Made by a program: the position numbers and the translations under genes
DNA from: an uncultured Nitrospiraceae bacterium
GTDB taxonomy: Bacteria > Nitrospirota > Thermodesulfovibrionia > Thermodesulfovibrionales > SM23-35
NCBI GenBank assembly: GCA_963727775.1
Contig: CAVSHB010000001.1
Coordinates: 1,120,001-1,184,000, forward strand
DNA length: 64,000 bases
Direction of reading: 5' to 3'
Shown here: one piece after another, positions 49,875 through 59,549 of the stretch
Layout: each line of letters starts with the position of its first letter
Position numbering within the stretch: position 1 is the first letter of the stretch
The notes under the pieces: generated by a model
Databases searched by the model: none
Told to the model about the DNA's origin: nothing
The model's input: the letters and a program-made list of their open reading frames with translations, nothing else

Positions 49875-50675
49875 ATGTTGAATAAGCTTCTTTACCGGCG
49901 CTTGGCCGGGGTAGTCGCCATCATATTATTCATGGCGATCCTTTGCATCGAACTCTCGGTTCATGCCGCTTCCGGACCGCAGCCCCCCTGCGGAAGCGCA
50001 ACGTTTCCTCCCTATCCCGACTTGGAGAAATCACCTGCCGTAAGAGTTTGGGACCGCGCCGAATTGGGGCGCGACTGGACACCGCCGGCCTGCAGCGGTT
50101 GGACTTATTCAGGCTTCACGACGCTGGTGGTGATTGTTGCGCGTTTTCACCATACCTCCGGAGTCGAGGGCCTGCTCCGGCGTGTCGGAGCAATATCTGA
50201 ACGCGTGGGCATACAATATTGGTCGACCACCCACAAGCGATGGCAGGCGCTGATTATCAACGCCTACGCTTTGTCGGAGGCCATTGGTGATCGACGTCGC
50301 AAAGACTTCTCGCCTGACGAGATGGAGAAAAGCGGGAGTCTATACTTTCAGCAAGAGGATAACCTGTCCGGCAAGGGGATTTACCGCATGCGCATTCGAA
50401 GCGCTTCATCCGATCGGCTGGTGTTCGATACCGAAAACATCAGCACAGTGCGATACTTTTTTATGCCTCTTTTCGGCCCGGGTGATATGCAGTCGATTTA
50501 CTTTTTCGAACGCGAGTCGCAAGACGTTTGGCGTTATTACGGCATCATGCGTACGAGCAAGAATGCGAGCCCGTTGGTCGCGGGAAATGAGGCATCCTAC
50601 ATCAACCGGGCAGTGGCTTTTTACCGTTATCTGATCGGCATGCAAACAGACAAGGAGCCCCCTGCCGCGCCATAA
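49875..50675 (+). CDS. Exported hypothetical protein (DUF6675-like)
   Basis: Signal-like N-terminus; GIQYWSTT, SYINRAVAFYR. Confidence 0.65.
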   Translation: MLNKLLYRRLAGVVAIILFMAILCIELSVHAASGPQPPCGSATFPPYPDLEKSPAVRVWDRAELGRDWTPPACSGWTYSGFTTLVVIVARFHHTSGVEGLLRRVGAISERVGIQYWSTTHKRWQALIINAYALSEAIGDRRRKDFSPDEMEKSGSLYFQQEDNLSGKGIYRMRIRSASSDRLVFDTENISTVRYFFMPLFGPGDMQSIYFFERESQDVWRYYGIMRTSKNASPLVAGNEASYINRAVAFYRYLIGMQTDKEPPAAP

Positions 50676-50905
50676 AGGGATTCATATGATAAATTTGCTT
50701 ATAAATCTAAAAAGTAGAACGGCGAGAGGCTTCCAGTCTCTATATGAACGTTACACCCCTTGCAGATCTTATCTTAAAAGCGCTCACATCCGAGGATATT
50801 GAGGTCAGAATTATTGATGAAAATCATGAGATCAGGGAGTAGCTTGCGCACTTATTTTCCCATAGGATGTAAAACATCGCCGAAGAGCGGTTTATTACGG
50901 TAAAA

Positions 50906-51853
50906 GTGAATAATGTGAATCAGATGCATAAGACCAGAAACCTTTCGAAATTCTTCCTTTTCATGGTCGCAGCAGCGCTTCTTTTTTCTGCCGGTTCCGC
51001 TTCAGCTGTCGAAAAGCCTCGGCAGGGCAAAGACATCCTGCTCGACACCTATCACAGGAATATGGCCAAATTGGAGACAAACAGCTTCGGCCTTCCTATT
51101 TTTTTGGAATCTTTTGAGCGAGCCGACAGAGTGAACGTGGATGTCTACGGGATCTTCGATTATCCCTTCAGCACTGTTGTCAACGTGCTTAAGGTTCCGG
51201 CAAACTGGTGCGATATCGTATCCCTCCATCCTAATGTCAAGGCGTGCACCTACAGGGAACTGCCGGGCACCTGGCTGCTGACCTTTTACATCGGCCGCAA
51301 AGTCTATCAAACTCCGGAAGACACGCGTCAAGTCATTTACCATTACCGGAAAGTTGATCAACAGCAAGGGTATCTGGATATCATTCTCAGTGCCGATGCA
51401 GGCCCTTTCGGCACGAAGGACCACATGATGAGGTTCGAGGCCCTGCCCCTTGTTGGGGGAAGGACTTTTGTCCACGTCAGTTATGCATACATCGACAGTA
51501 TTGCACTTAGCCTTGCGGAGAAGCTCTATTTTGCGACATTCGGTTGGGGCAAAATAGGGTTCACGGTGACAGGAACAGACAGAAACGGCAAACCCGTCTA
51601 TATCCGTGGGCCCCGTGGCGCCATTGAGCGCAACTCTGTACGGTACTATTTCGCGATCCAGTCCTTCATAAATACGTTGCACTATCCCGAAAAAAGTCGT
51701 TTCAACATGAGGATCAGCGAGTGGTATGATCTAACGACCCGCTACAGGAAGCAGCTCTTCGATCTGGACAAAAAGGACTACCTCACATTCAAGACAAAAG
51801 AGCATATGAACCAGGTGATACTCCAGCGGTCGATTGGGATGGGCCTTCAGTGA
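50906..51853 (+). CDS. Exported conserved hypothetical protein
   Basis: 315-aa ORF with signal peptide; NWCDIVSLHPNVKAC. Confidence 0.75.
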   Translation: MNNVNQMHKTRNLSKFFLFMVAAALLFSAGSASAVEKPRQGKDILLDTYHRNMAKLETNSFGLPIFLESFERADRVNVDVYGIFDYPFSTVVNVLKVPANWCDIVSLHPNVKACTYRELPGTWLLTFYIGRKVYQTPEDTRQVIYHYRKVDQQQGYLDIILSADAGPFGTKDHMMRFEALPLVGGRTFVHVSYAYIDSIALSLAEKLYFATFGWGKIGFTVTGTDRNGKPVYIRGPRGAIERNSVRYYFAIQSFINTLHYPEKSRFNMRISEWYDLTTRYRKQLFDLDKKDYLTFKTKEHMNQVILQRSIGMGLQ

Positions 51854-51953
51854 GTACCCGGACACTTCAAACCGATGACGCTGCACACAAAGATGGCGCC
51901 TTGAGGCAAATCCACAACGAACAACAAAAACAAAGCCCATCGCAAAAAGAGAA

Positions 51954-53615
51954 TCATTTTGGAGGTTGCTGCACAGAGCCGTTATAAAAGACCTCGCATC
52001 TGCCGCCTTGAATAAAGCGTTTTGCCTTCCTGTAGAGATTGAAGATTGGGCCGCCAAGGGACTAGACTGCACTCACCGCGCCGACCTGGGGACTGCCGAA
52101 GGGACCGCTGATGCCTTGTGTGAATTTTGCGCATCCCTTGTCATCAAGAAGCGCCACTATTACATTATCATATCGTCCGCTGACAAGATTGAGCTTGCCC
52201 TTAAGTGCAACCCGATTATTGCGCGTTGCAAGGGCACAGTCCGTGGCGTCTGCCACACCGTCCCTGATCTTCCAGTGGGAGATGAACTGTGTGATGGCGC
52301 CTCGCCCTCCCCGGGTCTGGTTGTAAACGTCCCCATAACGGTATCCCTTGAGCACAACGTTGCTAAGTGGGCCGGCGATGAAGAAAGCGCCGAGGTCGAC
52401 GAGATTGAACTTCTGGCTCGTCTCATACGATGAGAGAACCTTATCGAGGTCCATCGTATAAATGACGAGATTATCACCCCGGAGAGAAAAAGTACCGTTC
52501 ATGCCGCTCATCAGATCGCGATTTCCTTTTTCTTTCATCGTCAGCGAGGCATAAAGATTACCCTTCCCGCCGATAACTTTCTTTGTGCCGAAGGACTCCT
52601 GAAGTTTTTCGAAGTCCAGCTTCGATAGCTCCAAATTGATTTTATACACAGCATCGTCTTCCGACTTATCTGCCATGGCATCTCCCTCAGCCTTTGCGCC
52701 GAAGATATCCATGGTAAGGGACTTGAGGTAGATTACTCCCTTATCCGCTTTTACAGGACTCTTGACGTTGTTGATCTTAAGGTCCTTTTTCCTCACCTCC
52801 TTGCAGTCCATGGACCCGGTCAATGAGATGTTCTTTATAATAGCCCCTGAGGTATCCGCTACCGAAAGATCCTTGATAGCAAGATTGATTTCTTTCAGTT
52901 CGGTCTTTTCACCTGCCTTCTTGTCAAAGTAGACGAGGGCTCCGATCGTGATAGGTTCGAAATTGTATATCCCCTTGACTGCCTTCACAGGGGCCTTGAG
53001 ATTCTCGATTCTGAAGTCCTTTTGCAACACCTCTCTGCAGTCGAAGCTTCCTTTGAACGAGGCGTTCTTTATGATGTTCCCTGCTATCGAGAGGTCCTTG
53101 ATAGCCAGATTGAAATCCTTAAACTCCGTCTTCTCTCCCGTCTTTTTGTCTATATAGACAAGTACCCCTTTGGACAGCTTGAGATCATTTAAACTGAAGG
53201 TTGCTCCGGTTCCCCCTTCCGTGGATTTCTTTTCAGTGCCTTCAAAATTATATTTCCCATCGGCGTCCTTCAAGATGGTGACGGCAGGTTTGACAAGCTC
53301 GCAACTGGTGACTTTGAGTTGCTTCTTCAGCAGGGGTATCAACTCTGCCCCCAGCTTGAGGTTTTCGAGGAAAATGATTTCGCCTCCCTTGTTGGCGACG
53401 TGGATATCCTTAGCTGATATGCCAAAGGGAAAGAAAGAGAGCCTCATCTTACCATTGATCCTGACATCCAGGCCGGTCGCCCCGGAGGCAGCAGCCTCGA
53501 TGCGGGGCCTGTAGGAATTTATGTCGAAGGTGAGGACGAAAATAACCACTACCAGAACTATGGCTGAGGCGCATCCGCCAAGGACAAAAAGGACTTTCTT
53601 CTTCTTCGCATTCAT
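51954..53615 (-). CDS. AsmA family protein with in-frame TAG near the C-terminus
   Basis: N-terminal TM plus DINSYRPRIEAAAS...ING (AsmA); TAG at 52062-52064 followed by 35 in-frame codons to TGA at 51954. Confidence 0.75.
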
Positions 53616-53839
53616 TGTAGGAATACCATGCTGACTGCCCACAAAAAAGTCTGGTACTTTCTGCGCATCTCAGCCTCCGTTCAATTTGCAAATCTTGATT
53701 TCAAGGTATCACACAAGGGTGTGCAAGTCAAACGACTGTCAAGCTATCAAGTTTCGTCGAAAATTGTCAGGTAAGAAAGTCCTTATAAAATTGATAAAAT
53801 CTTATTGACAACCAATCAACATTTTGATAAAAAATAAAC

Positions 53840-55471
53840 ATGAAATTTAAAGATAAAACAAAAGAGCAACTTATAAATCAATTAGCAGAACTGCATCAGC
53901 GTATTGAGGCTTTGGAAGCAAAAGCAACCAAACGCAAGAAGGCAGAGGAGGCGCTGAAGGTATCAGAAACCCGTTATCGGAGGCTCTTTGAAACTGCTCA
54001 GGACGGGATACTACTTCTTGATGCAGACACGGGACAGATGCTGGACGTTAACCCCTTCCTGTTAAAGATGCTGGGATACTCGCATAAGGATTTTCTGGGA
54101 AAGAAACTATGGGAAATCGGTCCTTTCAGCGACATTGCAGCATCTAAGCTCCGATTTTCAGAATTGCAGACAAAAGGGTATGTGCGGTACGAACATTTGC
54201 CGCTTGAAACAAAAGAGGGTCGTCTTATTGATGTCGAATTTGTCAGTAATGTCTACCTCGTTGATCAGGAAAAAATTATCCAGTGCAACATCCGCGACAT
54301 CACTTTACGTAAACAGGTGGAGGGGGAATTGCGGAAGGCATATGATGAGATGGATCTGCGCGTGAAGGAACGGACTGAAGATTTGGTCGAAGCAAATCTT
54401 CAGCTCTTGCGTGAAATAGAGGAACGCAGGAAGGCAGAGGAGTCACTGCGGGAAGCGCTTAATGAAATCGTGCAATTAAAAGACCAATTGCATGAGGAGA
54501 ATATCTACCTCAAGGAAGAAATTAATCAGATACACTTACATAAGGATATCGTAGGCAACAGTGAAGCGATCAGGACCGTTTTGAAGCAAATAGAACAAGT
54601 GGCTCCGACAGACTCGACGGTTTTGATCTTGGGGGAGACAGGTACAGGAAAGGAATTACTCGCTCATGCGATCCATAACCTGAGTTCCCGCAAGGGGCGG
54701 CTCATGATTAAAGTCAACTGTGCCGCTTTGCCGCCGACCCTCATCGAAAGTGAACTGTTCGGCCGCGAGAAGGGCGCATTTACTGGCTCTCTGTCAAAGC
54801 AAATAGGCCGTTTTGAGCTTGCAGACGTTTCAACGATTTTTCTGGATGAGATCGACACCCTGCCGCTGGAACTACAAGCCAAGCTGCTTCGGGTACTGGA
54901 GAGCGGCGAGTTTGAGCGTCTGGGCAGCCCCCGGACCGTGAAAGTCGACGTCAGAATCATTTCCGCGACAAACCGCGATCTTGCCGGGTTCGTCAGCGAG
55001 GGCGGGTTCCGGGAAGACCTTTACTACCGTTTGAACGTTTTTCAGATTACCGTGCCGCCTTTGCGTGAGCGTCGGGAGGACATATTGCCGCTCGTATGGT
55101 CTTTTGTACAGGACTTCAGCAAGCGGATGGGCAAGCGGATCGAATCAATACCGCAGAAGGGCGTTGAAGCTCTGCAAGCGTATCCCTGGCCGGGCAACGT
55201 AAGGGAACTGAGGAATGTTACCGAGCGTGCGATGATAATCACCACCGGATCTGTGCTACGTTTGGATGTACCAACGATTGCGCAGTCGGGTTCAGAACAG
55301 TCAGGTACTCTCGAAGAAGTTGAGAAACGGCACATTATCGAGGCTTTGAACACCACCGGATGGCGGGTAAGCGGCAAGGACGGTGCAGCAGAGATTTTAG
55401 GCATCAATCCAAAGACGCTTGAATCGAGAATGCAAAGACTGGGCATCCAAAGAAATAAGAAAAATGCCTGA
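53840..55471 (+). CDS. PAS-domain sigma54-dependent transcriptional activator
   Basis: GETGTGKE, ESELFG, GAFTGS, FREDLYYRLNVF, WPGNVREL, C-terminal HTH. Confidence 0.93.
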   Translation: MKFKDKTKEQLINQLAELHQRIEALEAKATKRKKAEEALKVSETRYRRLFETAQDGILLLDADTGQMLDVNPFLLKMLGYSHKDFLGKKLWEIGPFSDIAASKLRFSELQTKGYVRYEHLPLETKEGRLIDVEFVSNVYLVDQEKIIQCNIRDITLRKQVEGELRKAYDEMDLRVKERTEDLVEANLQLLREIEERRKAEESLREALNEIVQLKDQLHEENIYLKEEINQIHLHKDIVGNSEAIRTVLKQIEQVAPTDSTVLILGETGTGKELLAHAIHNLSSRKGRLMIKVNCAALPPTLIESELFGREKGAFTGSLSKQIGRFELADVSTIFLDEIDTLPLELQAKLLRVLESGEFERLGSPRTVKVDVRIISATNRDLAGFVSEGGFREDLYYRLNVFQITVPPLRERREDILPLVWSFVQDFSKRMGKRIESIPQKGVEALQAYPWPGNVRELRNVTERAMIITTGSVLRLDVPTIAQSGSEQSGTLEEVEKRHIIEALNTTGWRVSGKDGAAEILGINPKTLESRMQRLGIQRNKKNA

Positions 55472-55499
55472 TATATCAGGAGAGTCCTGATATATCAGA
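55467..55499. promoter_or_regulatory. Tandem palindromes, probable enhancer (UAS)
   Basis: CCTGATATATCAGG (perfect) and CCTGATATATCAGA, starts 19 bp apart, about 100 bp upstream of a sigma54 promoter. Confidence 0.65.
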
Positions 55500-55599
55500 A
55501 GTCGACGGCTTTCAAAGTGTCATTTCTTCATCGTAGCTTTCGCTGAAATCTCAATGTTTTCAACATCATAGAAACTCCTGCCCTGTCAACAAACAGTCA

Positions 55600-55615
55600 T
55601 GGCACATATTATGCT
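55600..55615 (+). promoter_or_regulatory. Sigma54 (-24/-12) promoter
   Basis: TGGCACATATTATGCT versus consensus TGGCAC-N5-TTGCW. Confidence 0.7.
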
Positions 55616-55713
55616 TTTCATTACAATACAATAGCAAACACCAAAGCATGTTTCCTTTTGATGCGACAGGTGCATCAAAAAAGAGCATTAACATTTATCG
55701 AAAGGAGAGAAAA

Positions 55714-55847
55714 ATGATAAGGAAGAGCGCACAGCAGCAGTGCTTCTTATGTGTATCTGGACCCTCTCAGGCTGCTATACCGTCCACGGTGTAGGTCAGG
55801 ACATAGAGGGCGGCGGAAGGGCCATCGAGAGGTCTTCAGGAAAATAG
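55714..55847 (+). pseudogene. Entericidin EcnA/B-family lipoprotein with a 1-nt frameshift
   Basis: RBS + MIRKS, then shifted frame TAAVLLMCIWTLSGCYTVHGVGQDIEGGGRAIERSSGK*. Confidence 0.7.
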
Positions 55848-55879
55848 TACAGTAAATAAAGACAAAGAAGGAGGAGATT

Positions 55880-56059
55880 ATGAGAAGACATGTTATTAGC
55901 TTAATATTAACCATTATTCTGCTTATCACATGTTCTGGCTGTTTTTGGGACCGCGGCCGTGGAGGAGGGTATGGCGGTGAACATGAGCAGCATGACCGTG
56001 AAGGGTATGGTGAACGCGACCGCGGAGGACACGGTGAGCACGACGAAGAACGGCATTAA
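55880..56059 (+). CDS. Small Gly/His/Arg-rich lipoprotein (not in the ORF track)
   Basis: AGGAGG RBS; MRRHVISLILTIILLITCSGCFWDRGRGGGYGGEHEQHD..., 59 aa. Confidence 0.75.
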   Translation: MRRHVISLILTIILLITCSGCFWDRGRGGGYGGEHEQHDREGYGERDRGGHGEHDEERH

Positions 56060-56111
56060 GTGGATGATAGATCGGGATCCGATGTCTGAATCTTGGTAGC
56101 CAGGAGGCACT

Positions 56112-56447
56112 GTGATACTATCGACATTAAGAATGATTGTCCAGCCCGAAAGGCGGAGTGATCTTTTAGAAACGATACGGGTGATGCTCGAACCCACACG
56201 GGTCGAAAGGGGCTGCCTGAGTTACCGTCTATATGAAGATGTAGAAAACAGAAATGCATTCGTCCTGCTGGAGGAATGGGCGACACAGGAAGATCTTGAG
56301 AGACACATCTCTAAAGACAATCAGCGGCAGCTCCTCGTGCTCATGGATCTCCTGAGCGAGCAACCTGAATTGCGGTTCAACACTGTGTTACACACGGCGG
56401 GAATGGATCTCATTGAAAATGTCCTCAAGGCAGATGGCCCGGGATGA
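56112..56447 (+). CDS. Antibiotic biosynthesis monooxygenase (ABM) domain protein
   Basis: TRVERGCLSYRLYED...LLEEW...LERH. Confidence 0.85.
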   Translation: MILSTLRMIVQPERRSDLLETIRVMLEPTRVERGCLSYRLYEDVENRNAFVLLEEWATQEDLERHISKDNQRQLLVLMDLLSEQPELRFNTVLHTAGMDLIENVLKADGPG

Positions 56448-56544
56448 GAAAAATATTAGTGCCCTCTCCTTTGGGGGAAGGATGTGCTGACGGGTTCGAT
56501 GTACGACCGAGAGGCATGATGTCATATGACAAAAGGAGGTTGCT

Positions 56545-56694
56545 ATGCTTTGGACGATCTTTGTGATACTTGTGGTGCTTTGGATGTTGGGGCTGGTGAG
56601 CGGTTACACGATTGGCGGATTCATTCATATTTTGCTAGTCATCGCAATCGTTGTGGTGTTGATTAGGATCATTCAGGGGCGAAGACCTGTATAA
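56545..56694 (+). CDS. lmo0937/DUF5670 family small membrane protein (not in the ORF track)
   Basis: AAGGAGG RBS; MLWTIFVILVVLWMLGLVSGYTIGGFIHILLVIAIVVVLIRIIQGRRPV. Confidence 0.88.
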   Translation: MLWTIFVILVVLWMLGLVSGYTIGGFIHILLVIAIVVVLIRIIQGRRPV

Positions 56695-56761
56695 ATGATT
56701 TGCTGGTTTGAATGTGCACGGTTAGTACTATTAACGGGCATTCTAAAATAGGAGGAGAGAA

Positions 56762-57325
56762 ATGAAGAAAGCTATTTTATTGACAGTACTAATGGTTTTT
56801 GGATTGGCGTTGTTTTCGGGCTGCGCAACTACCCAAACATGGCCGGATTCTGAAAGGAATGCAGAGAACAAGATGGTTGTAATCCAGGAGAAGATTGGGG
56901 ATGGGCTGAAAACCGGCGCGCTTACCCCTGATCAGTCACAGATGTTTCTGACGACACTGAAGGGTATTCGAACAGACTATACGGAGCTGAGAGACAGAAG
57001 GGTCTACCGCGACGAATGGGACAAGCTTCTTGGAAGACTTGATGCGCTTGGAGAGGAAATCAACAGAGCGCTTGCCCGGCCTGTAAGAATTGAAGAACCA
57101 AGGAATGGGGACAGGATTGTCTCACTCCAAAAGAGAATTGATGATGGAAGAATCAACGGGCGCTTGCCTATGACAGATGAGAGAGAATTTCAAGCCAGAC
57201 TGGACTCCATTCGGCGTGAATATATGCGGATGACGGAAGAAGGCAGATACTCGACTCACGAGGAGAGAACAGACATTTCCCATCGGCTTGACTCATTGGA
57301 AACGGATATGAATCGGTTCCGGTAG
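56762..57325 (+). CDS. Helical lipoprotein with internal repeat
   Basis: Lipobox FSGC; repeated I.DG...G.L units. Confidence 0.75.
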   Translation: MKKAILLTVLMVFGLALFSGCATTQTWPDSERNAENKMVVIQEKIGDGLKTGALTPDQSQMFLTTLKGIRTDYTELRDRRVYRDEWDKLLGRLDALGEEINRALARPVRIEEPRNGDRIVSLQKRIDDGRINGRLPMTDEREFQARLDSIRREYMRMTEEGRYSTHEERTDISHRLDSLETDMNRFR

Positions 57326-57335
57326 AAATTTTCAT

Positions 57336-57913
57336 AACTATTACACCCTGCGGTCTCTGCCGCAGTTCCGATGTACGTAGCGCAGTTGGAGGAAAATACC
57401 AGTAGGTTGATAGAATACCTATGGGATGGTAGATATTGAGCAGGACATATGGCGGTGGTATCACAATATTTCGGAGTGTTACTATCACATACAAATAACG
57501 GTGAAGTATCGGAAAGCACTTTTGGACAAGAAAGTAGAAGGAGCGATAGTAGAAGCTCTGAAAGGATTAAAAGAGAGGTATGCGATAGAGATCAGTACAA
57601 TTGGATTTGATCAAAACCATATGCATATACTGTGTCGATATTTACCGAAATATTCAGGAGGTCAGGTAATCAAGATAATAAAGAGTATAAGCGGGAAGAA
57701 AGTATTTGAAGAAAATCCTGAGGTGAAAAAAGATCTATGGGGAGGAGAGTTTTGGACAGATGGGTACTATATCGCAACGATCAGCGGCAAAGGGAATAAA
57801 CAAGTAATTGAGAAATACATAAGAAATCAAGGAAGAGGCAAAGACCTTGAGCAGGTCAGGCTGTTTGAATTTTGACTTTGACGCCCTGCGGTCTCTGCCG
57901 CAGGGTTCTTCAC
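57336..57913 (+). mobile_element. IS200-type element, copy 2
   Basis: Matches copy 1 over 57330-57914 with one visible substitution; exact ends inferred. Confidence 0.88.
57426..57875 (+). CDS. tnpA: IS200/IS605 family Y1 transposase
   Basis: Identical to 14908-15357 except one I to L change. Confidence 0.93.
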   Translation: MVDIEQDIWRWYHNISECYYHIQITVKYRKALLDKKVEGAIVEALKGLKERYAIEISTIGFDQNHMHILCRYLPKYSGGQVIKIIKSISGKKVFEENPEVKKDLWGGEFWTDGYYIATISGKGNKQVIEKYIRNQGRGKDLEQVRLFEF

Positions 57914-58055
57914 AAAAATCATTTGTAGACGTAAACCGTTTTAACTGTCGGGATCAATGAAGGCAGAGCGGGCATAAAGGAGGTTAGAAAGGAAAAGGTT
58001 TTTTCTGGCTAGGCGAGGTTGTTAGAAACAAGAAATTCACCAGGGAGGTGTAAAG

Positions 58056-59039
58056 ATGCAAGCAAAAACTGCAAAGAGAGTGCTCATGGTCATCATTGTT
58101 GTGCTTTCCATGAGTTTTCTGATCGGATGCGCGGGGAGGATGTATGCGCCAAAAGAAGGAAGTGCAATATGGTACTACCATCCGGAGTTGCCGGAAGCGG
58201 ACAAGGCTGTAGAAGATGCACGTAAGGCAGGCAAGGACAAGGAATGTCCTGAGGAATTCAAGGCTGCATACGACCTGAAAGAAGAAGCCTATCATACATA
58301 CTGGGCATGCCATACCGCTGAGGGAATAGCTATGGCCAAGGAGGCAACTGCGAAAGCAAGAGCCCTTTGTCCGCCTCCAGCGGCCTGTGCTTTGACAGCA
58401 TCACCGGAAGAGATTGAAAAGGGCAGATCTGCTACCATTACTTTTTCGACATCAGGAAAAGTAAAATTTGCAATGCTGGATGCGGAAGAGGTTGCCGTCA
58501 CTGGTACTACAAAGACGGTAAGCCCGACAACCTCTACTACCTATACCGGAGTGGTAACCGGTTTAGGCGGCACGAAAACATGCGGTGTGACCGTGACAGT
58601 CGCATGTCCGCCACCGCCGCCACCGCCACCACCAACGGTTTGTACGCCACCGCCACCACCGCCTGCGGCAAAAGTCATCGCCCGTCTGACAATCCATGTC
58701 AACTTTGATTTTGACAAATCGGATATCAGAAAAGCCGATGTGGCAGAGTTGAAGAAAGCCAGTGACTTTGTCAAGAAATACCATGGCGCCAAGGTAAGAC
58801 TGGAAGGGCATACTGACGGTAAGGGAACCGAAGAATACAATCAGAAACTTTCAGAAAGAAGGGCGGAAGCAGTTAGGCAGTACCTCGTTAAAGAGGGTGC
58901 TGTTGATGAAGCAATGATTTTGTCCACAGGTTACGGTAAGTTAAGACCCATTGCTCCAAACAAGACACCGGATGGCAAAGATAATCCTGAAGGAAGGGCT
59001 GAAAACAGGAGGGTAGAAATTCTTATCATATCTGAATAG
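58056..59039 (+). CDS. OmpA-family lipoprotein with Pro-rich linker
   Basis: Lipobox LIGC; VNFDFDKS, EGHTD, NQKLSERRA, NRRVEI. Confidence 0.9.
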   Translation: MQAKTAKRVLMVIIVVLSMSFLIGCAGRMYAPKEGSAIWYYHPELPEADKAVEDARKAGKDKECPEEFKAAYDLKEEAYHTYWACHTAEGIAMAKEATAKARALCPPPAACALTASPEEIEKGRSATITFSTSGKVKFAMLDAEEVAVTGTTKTVSPTTSTTYTGVVTGLGGTKTCGVTVTVACPPPPPPPPPTVCTPPPPPPAAKVIARLTIHVNFDFDKSDIRKADVAELKKASDFVKKYHGAKVRLEGHTDGKGTEEYNQKLSERRAEAVRQYLVKEGAVDEAMILSTGYGKLRPIAPNKTPDGKDNPEGRAENRRVEILIISE

Positions 59040-59062
59040 GTTTATGTTAGGGAGAACAAATT

Positions 59063-59099
59063 CTTCGGGGGAAGGATTTTATGCTCCTTCCTCCGAAGA
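59063..59099 (+). terminator. Stem-loop after the OmpA gene
   Basis: CTTCGGGGGAAGGA...TCCTTCCTCCGAAG, then GGTTTGTTT. Confidence 0.5.
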
Positions 59100-59162
59100 G
59101 GGTTTGTTTACACGTTAATGCTGCAATCGGATGATTGCACATCTAAAGACAGGAGGAGATAA

Positions 59163-59477
59163 ATGAAGAAGGTTATTTTTATGACAGTGTTACTGGTTTT
59201 TGGATTGGCCTTATTTTCTGGCTGCGCCTCTATGACGGGCGAAACAGCAGGTGAAAATATCGACGACTCAACGATTCATACGAAAGCTACTGCGATAGTA
59301 GTTAAAGACCCGGATGCTCATTATTTCAAGATCGATGTGTCGGTTACACAGGGAGATGTTGTGCTTACGGGTTTTGTGAATAGCAGAGATACCGAAGATC
59401 GGCTGGTAGCACAGATCAGGGAAATCAGGGGCGTGAAATCCGTGAAGAGCCTCTTGAAGGTGGAAAAGAAAAAGTAG
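59163..59477 (+). CDS. BON domain lipoprotein
   Basis: IDDSTI...IDVSVTQGDVVLTGFV...GVKSVKSLL. Confidence 0.88.
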   Translation: MKKVIFMTVLLVFGLALFSGCASMTGETAGENIDDSTIHTKATAIVVKDPDAHYFKIDVSVTQGDVVLTGFVNSRDTEDRLVAQIREIRGVKSVKSLLKVEKKK

Positions 59478-59549
59478 ATGGATAAGGGGCATTCCGCGAA
59501 AACACATTTATCCTGAATTTCCGGAGCGCCCCTTCAAGGAGGTAACAAA

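Noticed and set aside
58607..58665. CCG/CCA-rich low-complexity tract
   Set aside because: Ordinary poly-Pro linker of an OmpA-family protein
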